64,000 nt of DNA, from the NCBI GenBank assembly GCA_047495785.1, contig JBLDXI010000048.1, positions 248,001 to 312,000 on the forward strand. The letters are read 5' to 3'. The notes beneath the pieces are model-generated. The model was not told the origin of the DNA, searched no databases, and saw only the letters and a list, made by a program, of their open reading frames with translations. The DNA comes from Lepidodermella squamata (lineage: Eukaryota > Animalia > Gastrotricha). Shown in pieces: positions 13,240 through 27,800 of the stretch (positions are counted from its first letter, which is position 1; the number at the start of each line of letters is the position of its first letter). The translations under genes were made by a program, and so were the position numbers.

Positions 13240-14951
13240 TAATAATAATAATAATAATAGTTATATTTTGCCTCTTCGAGACTCGAGACTGAGCGTCGTG
13301 TACCGTTTCCGGTTTTGAAGAGGGCGAAGGCAGGCGAAGAATGATCCTCACCCACCCCCACAGTCGAGGATTCTGCTTTTTGTATAGAATTCATAATTTT
13401 CAATCGAGTTTACAACCATGCGCCATTCATCTTTTTCGAACGAAACCGATTCCGCTAGTTGGACATCGGGAATAATTTTGATCTCAAAATCCTTTTCGCC
13501 GGGATTTTTTCTATTTTCTCGTTTCTTAGTGGTTTTATTTTTCTTATCCTTGACCTTATTTTTCTTATTGGTTTTCTTTTTCCGGCGAATTTCCTTAGTA
13601 AGACCTACTTTAATTAGGCTTCTATGCACTCCGTTGATCCATCTGGTTCGAGGTCTACCTCTGGGTGCAAACCACCCAAGCGGAGGCGTCCAAATATATA
13701 TTTTGTGTATTAGTCCTTCTACGTCATAGTCACGTGACCTAATTATGTGACCTAGATACCTTAGCCTTTGTTTTTCAACAATGCGGCTCACTTCAATGAG
13801 ACCTCCGCATAACGCAAGTCGAATGTCTATATTTGGAATATAGTCCATTAGGTGGACACCTACTATAGATCGAAGCCATCGATATTCAATAGTGTTTAGT
13901 CTATTTTCTTGGGCTATCGATATGTTCCACGATTCGCAGGCGTAAATGATGGTAGGTATTATAACACATGTCAGTACCTTAAGTTTTGTAGCTATGGAAA
14001 CCTGACTTTTGTTGCACATGAATTTATTCATGGCGCCGAAAACACTGCCTGCCTTAGAAATTCTGTAGTTTAGTTCCTCATCATTTTTGCCGTCACTAGT
14101 AATAATGCTCCCTAAATATTTAAATTTGGTCACTTTTTCAAGTTTTTTCCCGTTCAATTCCAATTCGTAATTTTGAGTAGCTGACTCGTCTCTAGAAATA
14201 ATCATATATTGAGTTTTTGCCGCGTTGATTTTCAAACCCAATTCGATGCAAGCCAGATCAAAAATATTAAGTAGTCGTGAAATTTCGTCGTGGTTCATGC
14301 CTAAAAGTGTTCCGTCGTCAGCAAACGCTAGTAAATTAAGGAAATCAGTCTCGCTCATAGCGGTCTCGCTGTTTGCGGTTTCGCCAATAGGAAAGCCTAA
14401 TTTTTCAGCAGATATTTTTTCGCAAATTTTGTTGAAGGTCGCTATGAATAGCAAAGGAGACAACGGGCAACCCTGTCTTAGTCCCCTGGTAACATAGAAG
14501 AAATCTTAGAGCTCAGAATCGACTCTAACAGCAACTTTATTTACTTTATATAAACTTTGAATAGCTTCAATTAAGCTGGGTTCTACACCCATATTTTGTA
14601 GGGCGGCCCATACTTTTTCCCTGTCCACCAGATCATAGGCTTTTTCGAGATCGATGAAGACTAGGTGGAGTTCCTTCTTAAAGAATATAATTTTCTCAAT
14701 AATTTGTCGGAGAACGTAAATGCAGTCTCTGGTGCCCTTAAGGGGTTGAAAACCAAATTGCAGTTTAGAAATTTTTGACCCAAATTATGCTCTCAATTTT
14801 CGTTCGAGAATAATGGCATAGAGTTTTCCTACAACACTTAAGAGGCTGATGCCTCTGTAATTTTGGCATTTTGATTTCTCACCTTTATTTTTATAAATTG
14901 GGGTAATTATAGCCGTTGACCATTCTTCTGGGTCCATATACCAACCAAATA
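13240..14951 (-). mobile_element. 5'-truncated RTE-like non-LTR retrotransposon (RT disrupted)
   Basis: YRGISLLS, VFIDLEKAYD, LRQGCPLSP, FADD, FKYLGS, YACESW, RLRYLGH, PRGRPRTRW; stops/frameshift upstream of 14463; (TTA)n tail; candidate TSD ACCAAAATAACCA at 13227-13239 and 14952-14964. Confidence 0.9.
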
Positions 14952-15269
14952 ACCAAAATAACCAAAAAACAAAATATCTCATAAATTTTGAAATTTTCGG
15001 CTCGCTACGCTCGCATTGTTTTCTGGCTGCCCCGATTATTTCTAGAAATCTATTGATTGTTGATAATGGAGTAAACAGTGCATTTGCTTATTCGATTTTC
15101 CGAAGTAATTATAAATATTTTTTGTTCGATAAACCTCGGGAAGATTAGTCTTTTTCAATCACAAAAAATAGCTGTCATTTTCAAGCTCGAAGTTATAAAA
15201 GCTTTATTTGATTTGAATAAATTTTTACACTATCCCCTTATGATAATTCAGCATTAAAACTATATTTTG

Positions 15270-15540
15270 AGCTCCGTTTCGAAACCGTTTCGCGGTGTAC
15301 GCTTTCGAAAGCCTTCTTGGCGTCGACGGGATTAATAAGCGACGGAGTGTCCCACAGGAGACATAGCTCGACGATGTTCCGCAGGGCAAAGATTTGGTCG
15401 ATGCACCAACGAAGCGGGCGAGAATCTGGTTCCTTATGCGGCACAAGGTGACCCGACGAACCACCTAGCTGGGCATTAATAGGAGGGCGATGCCCCGCGA
15501 GATCCCGAGATCAGTCCGGTCAGCCATACGCTTGGTGGCA
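15270..15540 (-). mobile_element. Degraded reverse transcriptase fragment of a different LINE
   Basis: RGIALL...CIDQIFALRNIVE...VDAKKAFESV with stop and frameshift. Confidence 0.7.
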
Positions 15541-15826
15541 AATTTTTCAAAATAACTTCAATTGACGTCATTGAAATTCAAGTCGAATAAAAAATAGTTG
15601 ACGTGGATCTTCCATTTTTGTATTGGCATCGGCTTTTTGAAATGAACTATTTGTCAACTGGACGCTCGTCCGTTATCGTCCGTAAACAGCGCACGTGAAG
15701 CACGCGTTGTTTTTCAGGCGACCTGCGCAGTTAAATTAAAATCCATTCATAAATTGCATTTTTTGTATTCAAAAATTCTCCATTTTTCATCGGTGTGTAT
15801 AGTTCGATTTAAAATTGGGCGAGCTC

Positions 15827-18800
15827 ATGAACGCGTTTCATCTCTTGTCAATCTGTTGTGCCACTTATGGGCTAATCGGCCCAGTACAAGGTATACCGAA
15901 GAATGCTGGGATATGGCCGAATGCCACCGTGAAATACATCATTGATACGACTCATTTGGGTAAGCCAAATTCAGTTCATAATTTGGAAAATCTTATTTCC
16001 GTTCTATTTTCTCGAACCGTAGATTTCTAGAAATTTTAATTTTAATTTTCGATAATTTATGTTTGTGTTCCGTTTGAAGGTTTATACGTTGCACAAATTG
16101 AAGCGGCGATGGCTATTTGGTCTCGATCTACCTGTATAACGTTCACTGCGCTGCCAGACCCATGGTCACCGGACTTCGATGACACTACGCCGAACGTGAT
16201 GATATTCAAATTAGGCCAAGAGTGGAAACTCCGAATTTTTTGAAATTTTTTTTTAATTTACAATCAATTTTGCAGCTGCTTCGCGAAAGTTGGCATGACT
16301 TCGCCGCCAAATAATATTATTCTCGGACGCGACTGCTTTCATGACGTATGGTTTTGATATCGACACCCCGATTTGAGCTCTTTATCACTTTTTACTTTCA
16401 GAACGTGAAAATTGCTGCCTTGATAGGCCGAGCTCTTGGATTGGCAAGTTATGCTGTGATACAAATTTTTTTGTTATTGCCTTATTTTTCAGAACTATGA
16501 GCACGTGCGGGTAGATCGAGAAGCCTTTGTCACAGTGCAGAATGCAAACGTCCGAGCGTAAGTCTCTGATTCAATTAAAATGATTGTGTAAACATAACCA
16601 AGCGACTAACCTAGAGATTCAGCAGCGTTGTTCGCAATTGATAACAACGACAACAGTTACGGCACTTTCTACGACACCGAGTCGAGTACGCACCCGAGTT
16701 GGTACTGGAAAAGCAATCCGACCAAGCCCACGTTTCTAACGCGTGATCCTCGTGAGCAGTACAATCTCGGCCAGACGCAATTCATATCGTTCCTTGACTT
16801 CCAAAAAATTAATCTCCACTACCATTGCAAAGGTGAGCCATAGTTACATCCGCATTTTTCTTGATAGGTATTCAAATCATACGGACGGCCTTTTTCATAC
16901 AGTGGAACCCCGATTTCCCGTCTTCTGCGGTTCCACGAAAATCCTGACGGAAAATCAAAATTGAAGGAACATCTAGGTAGTTTTGCATGTAATTGCACTC
17001 TGCGGGTCAAAGACGCTCCTAAATATTTACATATCGCGATTCCGCGTCAGACGGGAAATCAGGTGACGGGAAATCGGGGTTCCACTGTAGATTTCTCCAC
17101 TAGTTCCTCACATGTTAAAGAAACATGTTAAAACAAGTAAAAACTAATATCGATCGCGATTTTTTTTGTCTATGCGATTTTCGGGATGTTCGGGATTTTT
17201 TACCGATTATACAGCTTAGCTCCTTTAATTGTTCGCGTTTTCTTCGGTTTCTGTGATATAGTACCGAATATAGCTAATCTAGGGGTGAGGTCACTAAAAC
17301 TGACTAAAACTTTTTTTCATCAAACTGTTGTGGTTCAAAAAAAACAAAATTCAAGAATTTAATTAATGCACCGTTGAACGATCGCAGATGCTATTATTTC
17401 TTACAACGTAAATCGTAAAGTTTCCGGCCAGGGCAAACGGGCGGTTTGGCGGCGTAGAAGTACTTAGTGGGTCGAGATTTGGCGCGAGATTTGGCTTCGG
17501 CCATCGGCGCAGGTCTCGGCCAGCGACCGGAACCTGTGGTGACGGATCTGGGAGGAGCGAGGAGGCAGTCCGCCCTGAAAGCGCTAACCTAGCCAGCCAC
17601 TATCGGTGCACCGAGTACGAGGTGTAAGGGGGTAAACGTAAACAAACCCCTAACCCCTCTGGCCTCGGAAATTTCTAAGAAACTTAAGGGTCCCCCTGTT
17701 AATTTTCCAATTTTAGGCCCAAAAAGGCTCGATTTACGGAGCCGGACCCAGTCGGATCACTACAAAATAGTTTCAAATGCAGATCTAAGGCTGATTATTT
17801 CCATTGAATTTTTTGAGAAGCCATTGTCATAAAGAAATATGTAGCCGATAGTTTATTGTGCCATTTCCAGTTCTGAAGTGTCCATCCCAGAATCTGGCTT
17901 GTATGAACGACGGGTATCTCAACCCAAGTACGTGCAACTCATGCTTGTGCCCGCCCGGATTCGCTGGTCAATTTTGCGAACGTATAGCTGACTCCACTAT
18001 AGCTGATTGCGTCGGCGGCTCGATCGTTGTTAGACCTTGCGGTACAGCAGCCTTGCGGCTTATGTGGAAAGAGTACAATAAGGGCGAATGCTTTTGGAAT
18101 GTCACGACCACTGGAGACGGCTTGATATTCGCTTTTGGGGCAGCTCCGGATCTTGGCGGAGATGGTTTGAACAAAAGAGCCAACAATTTGCAACTACTGT
18201 TTCTAATTTTCAAGAGGACGGCTGTTGGAGTTACCTGGAGGTTAGATCCCAAAGCTTTGCCCGCCCAACGAACAAGTACGCTGTTGATTTATCAACAATT
18301 TTCATGACATCGTGACATTTTAGGATCTGCATGAGCACCGTAAAAGCTGGCCGCTTGTTTGAGACTAACAACAAAATGGCGATCGTGCGGTTGTTCCACG
18401 ATCCGACTTTATACTATGGCGATATATCTACGAGAATCGGGTTCTCGATGGTTGTTTACGCGACTTGTGGTGGCCAGAAAGCGACATCGCTTACTAGGCA
18501 ATGCAAATTCACGAGTACTGGTTACGACTACGAGGGCTCCATGTCGAAGACGCGAGATAACCAGCAGTGCTTGTCTTGGGCTAACACCCCTTCCAAAGAT
18601 CCCCTTCTCTTTCCAAGGGGCGGTTTACAAGCTGCTGGTGCTGCTTGCCGCTACCCCACGAGCAAAGGCAGCGTTTTCTGCTACATCAACAGTGATACCA
18701 TCGGCTTTTGCACCGTACCAGAGTGCAGTAAGATCTAATTATTTCGTATTTTTCATTAAACCATCGAATCTTTACAGCACCGTACACCCGGTGCATTTCT

Positions 18801-21800
18801 AAGATCACGGGGCAATTCATAGGCTGCGAGCAATTGCCAGGCTGCGCTGATCCTTTAACCGAAGTCATTTTTTAAATAAATAATGACATATATTCATTCA
18901 CTGTCTTTCTGTAAAGCTAACGCCCATAGACCCGGCTACCCCGATGAAATACTACCAGACCGTGGACGCATGCATCAATGGAGTAAGTTCTTCTTTGCAT
19001 CATGAATTCCAGTTTTTTAAGTTGAACCTTACCTTTCAAGTTTGCAGTGTGTTGCTTTAACAAGGACACAAATGAATACAAGTTGACTTCACTCGATTAC
19101 GGCTGTCCAACTGGGTTTACCGGGGTATGGGTCATCCGATCTTATCCTTAATGTTGTATTTAACCTCCGATTTCAAGGTTCTATGGTACAGAGATTTCGA
19201 CAGGCTCGAAAACAACTACAATCCGGCCGTCGGCCTTTGCAAGGCTAACGTGAGTTACAATCAGCGAAGAACGTGGACTTTCGCAATTCTATGAGGCAGT
19301 GCTTCTCAACCTTCATTTTTCGGGCCGCATGCGCAATTTTGTGCGGCCCGAAATTCAAATAGGTAACTTGTATTGGTTGAGGCCCGCAAGCCTTGTTAGC
19401 AATCATTTTCAAATAGCTTTAAGGTCCAAGCGATGCACGGAAGTCTAACTACAGGGTTCCTATGAATCACCCATATTTTAATGCATTTTCAGCCCATTTT
19501 CGGGTTGGAAATGCTCAAAAAGCATCGGCTAGAGCCATTACCATTAATAAATACCATTAATAAAGCCACTCATTCTCTTATTCGTTCATTTACACTAATC
19601 AATTCCCTCTTTCAAATGCCCTCAAGGCCCATTCTTGAATATTTTGCGTAAATATATTCCAAAACTCGATTTTCGTAAATCGATTTTCGAATTATGCGCG
19701 TGAAGTTAGCGGACCACTTTCGTGCGGTCCAAGGTTAATGCATAATATACATATTTTCCACCTGTCATTATGGTTGCTTATTTTGAGATAAAATTTTTGG
19801 CGATGTTGAATATCATGGAAACCAGTCTTAACCATGGACCGCAGCTAAAAAACGCATATTGGACCGCAATTTTCACAAAAATGCCATTTTATGAAATTTG
19901 CGGTCCAATCACGTGCGGTCCATCAATTCCGGGCTATTATCATGGCATAACGAGATTTCGGGTCACATTTTTTTCAACATCAAATTTACTTTTTTCAACA
20001 TCAAATTACTTTTTCTATCATCAAACTCTTTTTTCAACAGCAAATTTCGATATGTTAATTTTTGCGATCCACGCTTATTAAAGCCCTTGATGATGACTAA
20101 TCCGGAAAAATAACAGAAAATTCGGGAGATGAATGTAGTTTATTGCTGTCGAACCCGTTTATAAAATAATACAAAATTGAGTTAGCTATAATTTTTCAAA
20201 GTTACGGACAAATATTTGATTTTTGGCCAAAAAAAATTGAATTTTTAAATATTTGTCCAAATAATTTTAAAAGTCTTATTTTTGCAAAGGCAATAATTCA
20301 TATGAGTGAATTCAGTCAGGGGTCTTCAAGGTTAAGCCGCCGTATCGTTTTGCGTCGTTGCGCTGCACTGAATAGCCGCATGCGCTCCCTGTCTTCAGGG
20401 CGGGTATTGTCGATGTCGATGGTGATCTTCAACTCGCACCCTGGGCAGGTGTCATCCCAACGAAGAGTCCGGCCGCATCGGTAGCACTTGTTCGCACGTT
20501 CTTCAGCCGACCTGAAATCTTCGTCGCTGGGTGGTGAGGCGCGATTGCAATGGACAACGATGCCCGGAGCCAGTTCGAAAGAGTCCTGTAATGAAATGAA
20601 AATTTCAAAACAATGAAGAAATTTTTATTCAGTTTTCCCTTACATTGAACGAGAAATCTGATCGTGCAGTAGGACTCAGAATATCAGCGCCCCGTCCACG
20701 ACCCCTGCCGCGACCTCGGCCTCGTGGTTGTTGCTCTTGAGCGGTTTGCGGTCGAACATGAACTCGCCCTCGCCCGCGTTGTAGCTCACCCGATGACAGC
20801 GTTTCTGAGCATTCAACAGGATGATTCGATGACGAGCGGCCTCGGCGACCCAGCCTAGTGACCCAGCCTTGTCGAATTCGCTGCGAAACTGAGCCCGTTG
20901 AAGCGCGTGAATGTGAGTAGGCGCTTCGTCGAAACAAGGATTTGGAACGGAGCCGGGTCCAACGACTCGTCGATTTTGAAGCCGACTGCAAAAGGCTTGT
21001 CATCGTCGTCGGGTTCTTGGCTGTGGTTCGCAACCCATTCCTTGGCTTCCGCGGAATTAAGAGAGCTCAGGTTTCTCGCGAAGCCACGCAGCGCTTGGTC
21101 GACTTTCGGCTTCGATTTGTTCCTTTTTCGGTAAAGAAAGTTTTCCACTTGCTTCAGCGAAAGCTTGGCCTTTTCTAGAAAATACGAAAAATAAAACTTC
21201 AAAATTAATTTCGATGAAAGTTCCTTTACTTCGATGCTTCAGCTTGGCGACAATAGACGATGCACCCAAGCCTCGCTTGAAATATTTCTCGATTCGCTTC
21301 TTGACTGGTGTCGTTAGCTGGGAAGTAAGCCGTTTTGAAGTGGTCTTGTGCCGATGCTTCGCCCCGGATGTCATCAGTACCCATGTCTCGCCGTCGAGAA
21401 GCAACTTGGCCCGGTTTTGACATCGTTCATAGCCGGACTTTCGCATGTAGCGACAACAATAGGCGATGTCGTCACCGTTTGCGATGTTGTACGGCGTGTT
21501 CTTCTTAATCCATTCTTTAGCCGCCTCCTTACTTGGGAATTCCGCGAGCTTCTTGGTGTACTTGATGGCTGGCCCGCGAGTTGGAGGCGGCGACGGAGTA
21601 CCAGATTCCGATGAAGACGATGAGTTGGAAGGAGTTTTGATGAGTAACTTCTCCATTATTTACAAATCAAATAAAGATGAAGATAAAGAGATATAGCGAG
21701 AAAAAGTTACTTTAAGAACTTAGAATTTAACTTTTGAGAATGAATTCTCCGATTGATTGTAACAAAAATTCAAGCATTTAAAGTGACTTTTCCCGCGCAG

Positions 21801-24800
21801 CGCATGTCTTCTGCACGCGCAAAAAAATCACGCGCCAAAAATCAATTGTTGAAATGACCACCTTTGTTCGTTGGCCTGGCACGAGTCTAGGCCCCGCTTT
21901 CATCACCCGAGGTCATAAGCACTTCAAATACACAACTTCATCTTGAAAGTATATTTTTCCTTATCAAATAATTATTTCTGAAGTTTGCTGTTGAAAAAAG
22001 AGTTTGATGATAGAAAAAGTAATTTGATGTTGAAAAAAGTAAATTTGATGTCAAAAAAAATATTTTCCGAGATTTCGATGTTACGAGGGCGAATTCTATG
22101 TTTCGAATTCTAAGCCCTGATGATGATGTTTTTACATCGAAACGTCGGCGAATTTTAATTTTAATTTTAAATAATTTACCGTGGTGATCCCTAACTGATT
22201 TTGACAATTTGAAATAAATTCCAGTTATGATTTTCTAGTTTCGTTTTGCGATGAGTGGAAATGGCTTTGCTAGCTCATAAAAATTGACAATAAAATGTAA
22301 TTATTTGATAATTCCTCAAATACTAAATACCTACTGGTGAATGATCAATTTTTCTTAAACTTTTCGTGTTTCAAATTTCATGGAAATAAAACTAACGAAT
22401 ATGAAATGAAATGAAATGATTTATTTTTTTCTCTTCCCCGCGACTAGACGTCTGTACCCTTTCGGGTTTTGAGGAAGGCGAAGGCAAGGCAAACCAAAAA
22501 GAAAAATTTTAGTCACCCTCCCCCACAGCCGAGAAAATCTTACTTTTGTTATAAAATTCAAAATCTTCCAGAGACTCAACTATTTGTCGCCATTCAACTC
22601 GATCTAATGCCGTTGTTTCGGTAAATGTCCAGTCAACAGTTTTTTCGGAAATTTCGGTTACATTACTACCATCTTTACGAGGTCTGCCACGGGACCCGTC
22701 GGTTTTTTTTCTTATTATATTTTCTGTTGTAAGTCCTACTTTACTTAAGCTTCTTTCAACCGCATCTAGCCATCTAGTTCGAGGTTTCCCCACCGGTCTC
22801 TTCCATTCCTTAGGCGCAACCCACCTATAAAGGTCGTAGACTGGCCCCGGTATCGGTTCACCTTTGTCGTCGACATAGGTCTCCATCCTTATTATATGAC
22901 CTAGGTAATTAAGTCGTTGTTTTTCAATTAATCTACCGACTTCAATTATTCCGCCACACATTGATAGTCTGATATCTATGTTGGGAATGTAGTCCATTAC
23001 TGTAATTCCTAAAATGCATCGCAGCCACTTATATTCTTGGGTATTTAGCGTACTTTCGTCGTCTTCCGTAATATTCCATGACTCGCAGGCATACATCATA
23101 GCTGGAATAATAACGCATTTTAATATTTTTAATTTTACCGCCAAAGAGACATGTTTTCGGTTGCACATAAATTTACTTATCGCGCCAAAGCAACTACCTG
23201 CTTTCGCAATGCGCGCTTTAAGTTCCTCGCCGATTTTGCCATCATCAGTTATAATGCTACCTAGATACTTGAACGTGCTTACTTTTTCAAGATTGCGACC
23301 CTCTAATTGTAAATTATATTTTTCATTTTTCTTTGGGTCACCACCTATAATCATATATTGAGTCTTCGCCGCGTTAATTTTGAGACCCAATTCTTTACAA
23401 GCCGCGTCGAAAATTCCTAATAACAACTTAATTTCTTTGTGATTCATGCCTAACAGCGTTCCATCATCGGCGAAAGCCAAAATATTCAGAAAATTTTTTC
23501 CCAACGGAAAGCCGACCTTTTCATTAGCGACTTTTTCACAGATTTTATTGAAAGTAGTAATAAAAAGAAGAGGAGATAAGGGGCATCCCTGCCTGAGGCC
23601 TCTATTCACGTAGAACAATTCTGATAACTTCCCATCGATTTTAACTGCCACCTCATTTTTCACGTATAGACTCTTAATGGCTGCTATTAATTCAGGGTTT
23701 ACTTTCATTTCTTCGAGAGTTTCCCATACTTTTTTCGGTCGACCAAGTCGTACGCCTTTTCTAAATCAATAAAAACTAGATGTAATTCCTGATGAAATTC
23801 TATAATTTTCTCAATGACTCGTCGTAACACAAATATACAATCTCTGGTTCCTTTAAGAGGCTGAAAACCAAATTGAAATTTGGAAATGTTCCTACCCAAC
23901 GAGGCGCGCAATTTTCTCTTCAGAATAATTGCATACAGTTTACTAATTACACTTAACAGAGTTATACCTCGGTAATTTTTACATTGCGACTTCTCCCCTT
24001 TGTTTTTATAAAGTGGGGTTATAATTGCTGAGCACCAGTCATCCGGAATTTTCTTTTCCCTCCAAATTCGATTCATTAAATTTAAAAGCCATTCATTGTT
24101 TTCCTCATCTAAAGCCTTAATCATTTCGGGTCGAATTTCGTCTATTCCTGGGGCTTTACCGTTTTTCATATGGTCAATGGCACTCCTAATTTCCTCGATA
24201 GATATTCCTTTTATATCAGAGTTCGAAGCCATATTTAGAGTTCGAAACTAACGACTAAACAGCAACAATATCTTTTGAATTTTGCTCACATTATAAACAT
24301 GCGGCCCACTGTGCAATACAATACAGTGGTAGCGGCCCGAGTTGGAAAATGGCCCACTACGGAAAAAGGTTGAGAAGCACTGCTGTAAGACTCAAACTCC
24401 TCGGAAGGACGTAGTATCAATGGAATAGTCAATCCTGAATCAGGCCAAGTCAAACCTGGTGGAGTTGGCCTCATTTCAAAATTTGCAATGGGTGCGTTTC
24501 TTTATTCTCAACAGATTTTGTTGAAAACAAGGCAAAAAACAGAGACTATTTCTTTATCCATTTATGTTAAAAACAATCAACTGTGCGTATTTCTTTATTC
24601 TGATTTTGTTAGTAGCAAAAGCAATAATCAGAGGCATTTCTTTATTCGATTTTTTGCATTAACAAAATCTCGTTTATCAAATGAAGCACTCTGATTTTGT
24701 TATTATATTAAATCAATAAAGAAATGGTTAGCTGTGTAACTGCTCTGGCGACTTGAGAAGTCAATAGAATCGGTAATATTTAGACAGGTTGTATAATTTG

Positions 24801-27800
24801 GCCTTGGGCCAACTGAAATTTCAGTCGGTATTGAGAGTCATAATGTTGCGATCGATTAACTTTTCAAATTTTCAAATAGGAAATCAGCAGTTAATATTGC
24901 AAATCAGCGCTTTTATCATTTAGCCTGAGATAATAAGTGCCGACATTTCAGCCGGGTCAAATCAGCCCAATGTGAAGCGCTTAGCCAAATCAAGACAAAA
25001 ATGTCATTTTTTCAGACTCGAAGGTGGAGAAAGCTCTCTCGCAATAAAAAGTTTCTCTTTTTGGCGAAATTTTCGCAGGCGACAAATAAGCAATCTAGCC
25101 CAGTGTGCGACTTTCAGGGGGGGATGGGGGGGATCATCCCCCCAGCTCGGCCGGGCCAGACAACAAAATGAGAATTTATCCCACTGTTTTGTTAATTTTG
25201 AGAGGTTGTGGAGCATGTTTTAGTGAGAAATTTTCAAAATTTTCTCGCTTCGCTCGGTTATAAGTCAAAATGACCAGTCATTTTGGCAAATATAGCAAAA
25301 AAAAATTGTCCATCCCCGGCAGCTCCGGGATCGAAGATCGCACCCTGATCTAGCCTAACTTATTATAATATATCACTATGATCCGAATCGTTACCGACGG
25401 CCACGCTCGTATTACTCTTATTTTATACGCTCGTATTTTAGGCCTTAAAGCTAGTTAATCTTTTGCAAAAAATTTCGTTCATTTGACGACGTTTCAGCTA
25501 GCGACAATAAGGCAAATTAGCCAAAATTTCATCAGAATTTGATCAATTTCATCCGAACTTGAATAAAACTGAGCTCGTAATTCGTCTGTCAATTAAGACT
25601 GATATGTCCCTTGCTGGACTGTCGCCAGCGGAAATGTCGCCCAATAGCAATTTCGCACCTGCAATATCCTCAAATTGGCACATAATCAATTCATATTAAA
25701 AAAATTGTCTGCGGTTTTGTCGCCAGCTGACATGTCGCACACCCATATATTAATAGGTATGCTGGCTGGCCTAATGAATCATCAATCATAACTTGGAAAA
25801 AAATAGCAGAAAATCAGTTATTTTCTCATTATGCCTTCGTTGGGCGGGTCGTCGATGCGTGCGACTTAGAAAAAATCGCTCCAAAAACGACTCGGCGAGT
25901 TGTTGATAATTTTGGGCAAAAAACATGTTTAATGAATGAAACGCTGGCTGATTATTATAGTAGCTCCAACAATAATCAGAATAAAGAAATAATTTCTGGT
26001 TGAACTAATAATTTCAACAGAAATAAAGAAATGGCCTGTTTATGGCTTGTTTTGTTTATAATTTCATCTCTGTTGGAGATAAAGAAACGCACCCAATGCT
26101 TTTCTTATACAAAATGAAGAAAATGTTTCGTGATCAACTTTCAGGTTGAACTGATTCGATGTATCGATTCCGATCTAAGAAATTTTGTCTGCGCTCCAAA
26201 GACACCCGGATGCGCAGCCGGCTTCGTAAGTAAATAATTACCGAGATTAAACCCCGAATTAATGTAAATAATCAAACTTCAGAGAGAATTCGACAGCAAT
26301 GTCTTCACTAGCATTGACGCATGCGCGACTGGAGTAAGCTCATCTTCGAAATTAACTCTTCATCTCCCGTAAAATCTTTCTGCCTAACAGAGTGTTCGAT
26401 ATTGCGTACAAAATGACGGTTCGCGGTTCCGATGTACTACCGATGCGTGCGATTCTTCATCTGAGACGGAGGTTCGAACATCATTCGCGCGATTTCTGAG
26501 TAGATCTACTGAAATCACTATTTGCAGATGGCAGTATTTAGCCAATCAAGATTCGCTGGAGAGAACAATGAGAAATGCGTGAATTATGTAAGTCATTTAA
26601 GAGCCCAGCAAATTTAGAGAACTGCTGATGTTTTGCTTTTAAGATCGGATACGCTCGTTGCATTAGCATCAACGTAGCTGGAACCGTATCCTGTTTCTTG
26701 GCGAATGAAAATAGTTCTGCTATCTGATACGTTTTGCTCAACTAGTTTCAATATATGCTTATAGGGTGTTCCGGTTCGCTGAGTAATATTATGCCGAGAA
26801 ACAGAATTTTTCTTACGCAGTCCGATTGCCTCAATGCGAAGAAGTCTTACTTCCTGATACCAGCGACAGGTAGCTACGCCGATGCGAATCTCCAGTGCTT
26901 GGCTGTGAACGGACAATTAGCCACTGTGAAAAGCTTGGAAGAGCATGAAATGATGCTGAAATTCATGGAGGCAAACGATGTGGCAGCCGGTTGGGTTGGG
27001 CTGAAACACAACGGCGCTCGTTTTGTCTGGGTAGATGGCGTGCCGATGACTTTCAGCAAATGGCGAGATGGCAGTCCTTTGACGCCGTTTGGGAAATTAG
27101 GTTGCGGCGTTTACACGCCTGAAGGCATGACAAATGCCGATTGCCTCTTCGCAGGTTCAAGCCGTGCTATATTTTGCGAAACATTTGGCGACGAGGTGAG
27201 ATAGCAAGATAACTGCTGTATCCTAGAGTTCATTTATAAACCTTTTACGAATGTGATGTGTCGGGAAGTACCGAGTTTGGATTATCTATATGTTTTTGTA
27301 AAAAATTCTGATTAGATACCTCAGCCTCTCGACACAGACGTCAAACATATTCGATGTATCGACAGCAAACATGGAGGCACGGTCACCTGCGTTCCTACAG
27401 ATACAGGTATCTCGTATAAAATTTTGGATTCGTTCTCGATTTATAATTGTTACGTATCTAACAGGATGTGGTAGTGGTTTCGCTGGTTTTTATAAAATGC
27501 CGAATCGTGAATTTGCATCAAAAGCTGACTGCGTCAATGCTGTGAAACGCTTCTATGCTGCTAACGATGATTTCGTTGCTATCGAGTCACTTACGGATGG
27601 TTAACTAGCTTATTCTTTATCGAAATATCCCATGACAGACTTCATAAAATATCCCAGTTTTACCAACGCCATAATGCTGTCCTGAATATAGGGACTTTTT
27701 ATTTAAAGCTTTATATGCGATACGAAAGCTTAGCTACCAAAAACCTTTAAATTTCCTAGATATTTTACACATCCCCGAAATTTAAAGGTCTTGGTGTGAT

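Larger units (their letters stand above)
19297..24382. mobile_element. hAT-like non-autonomous element hosting nested insertions
   Basis: 16-bp TIR CAGTGCTTCTCAACCT / AGGTTGAGAAGCACTG; subterminal GCGG(C/T)CC repeats; 8-bp flanks match only 5/8 (CTATGAGG vs CTGTAAGA). Confidence 0.7.
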
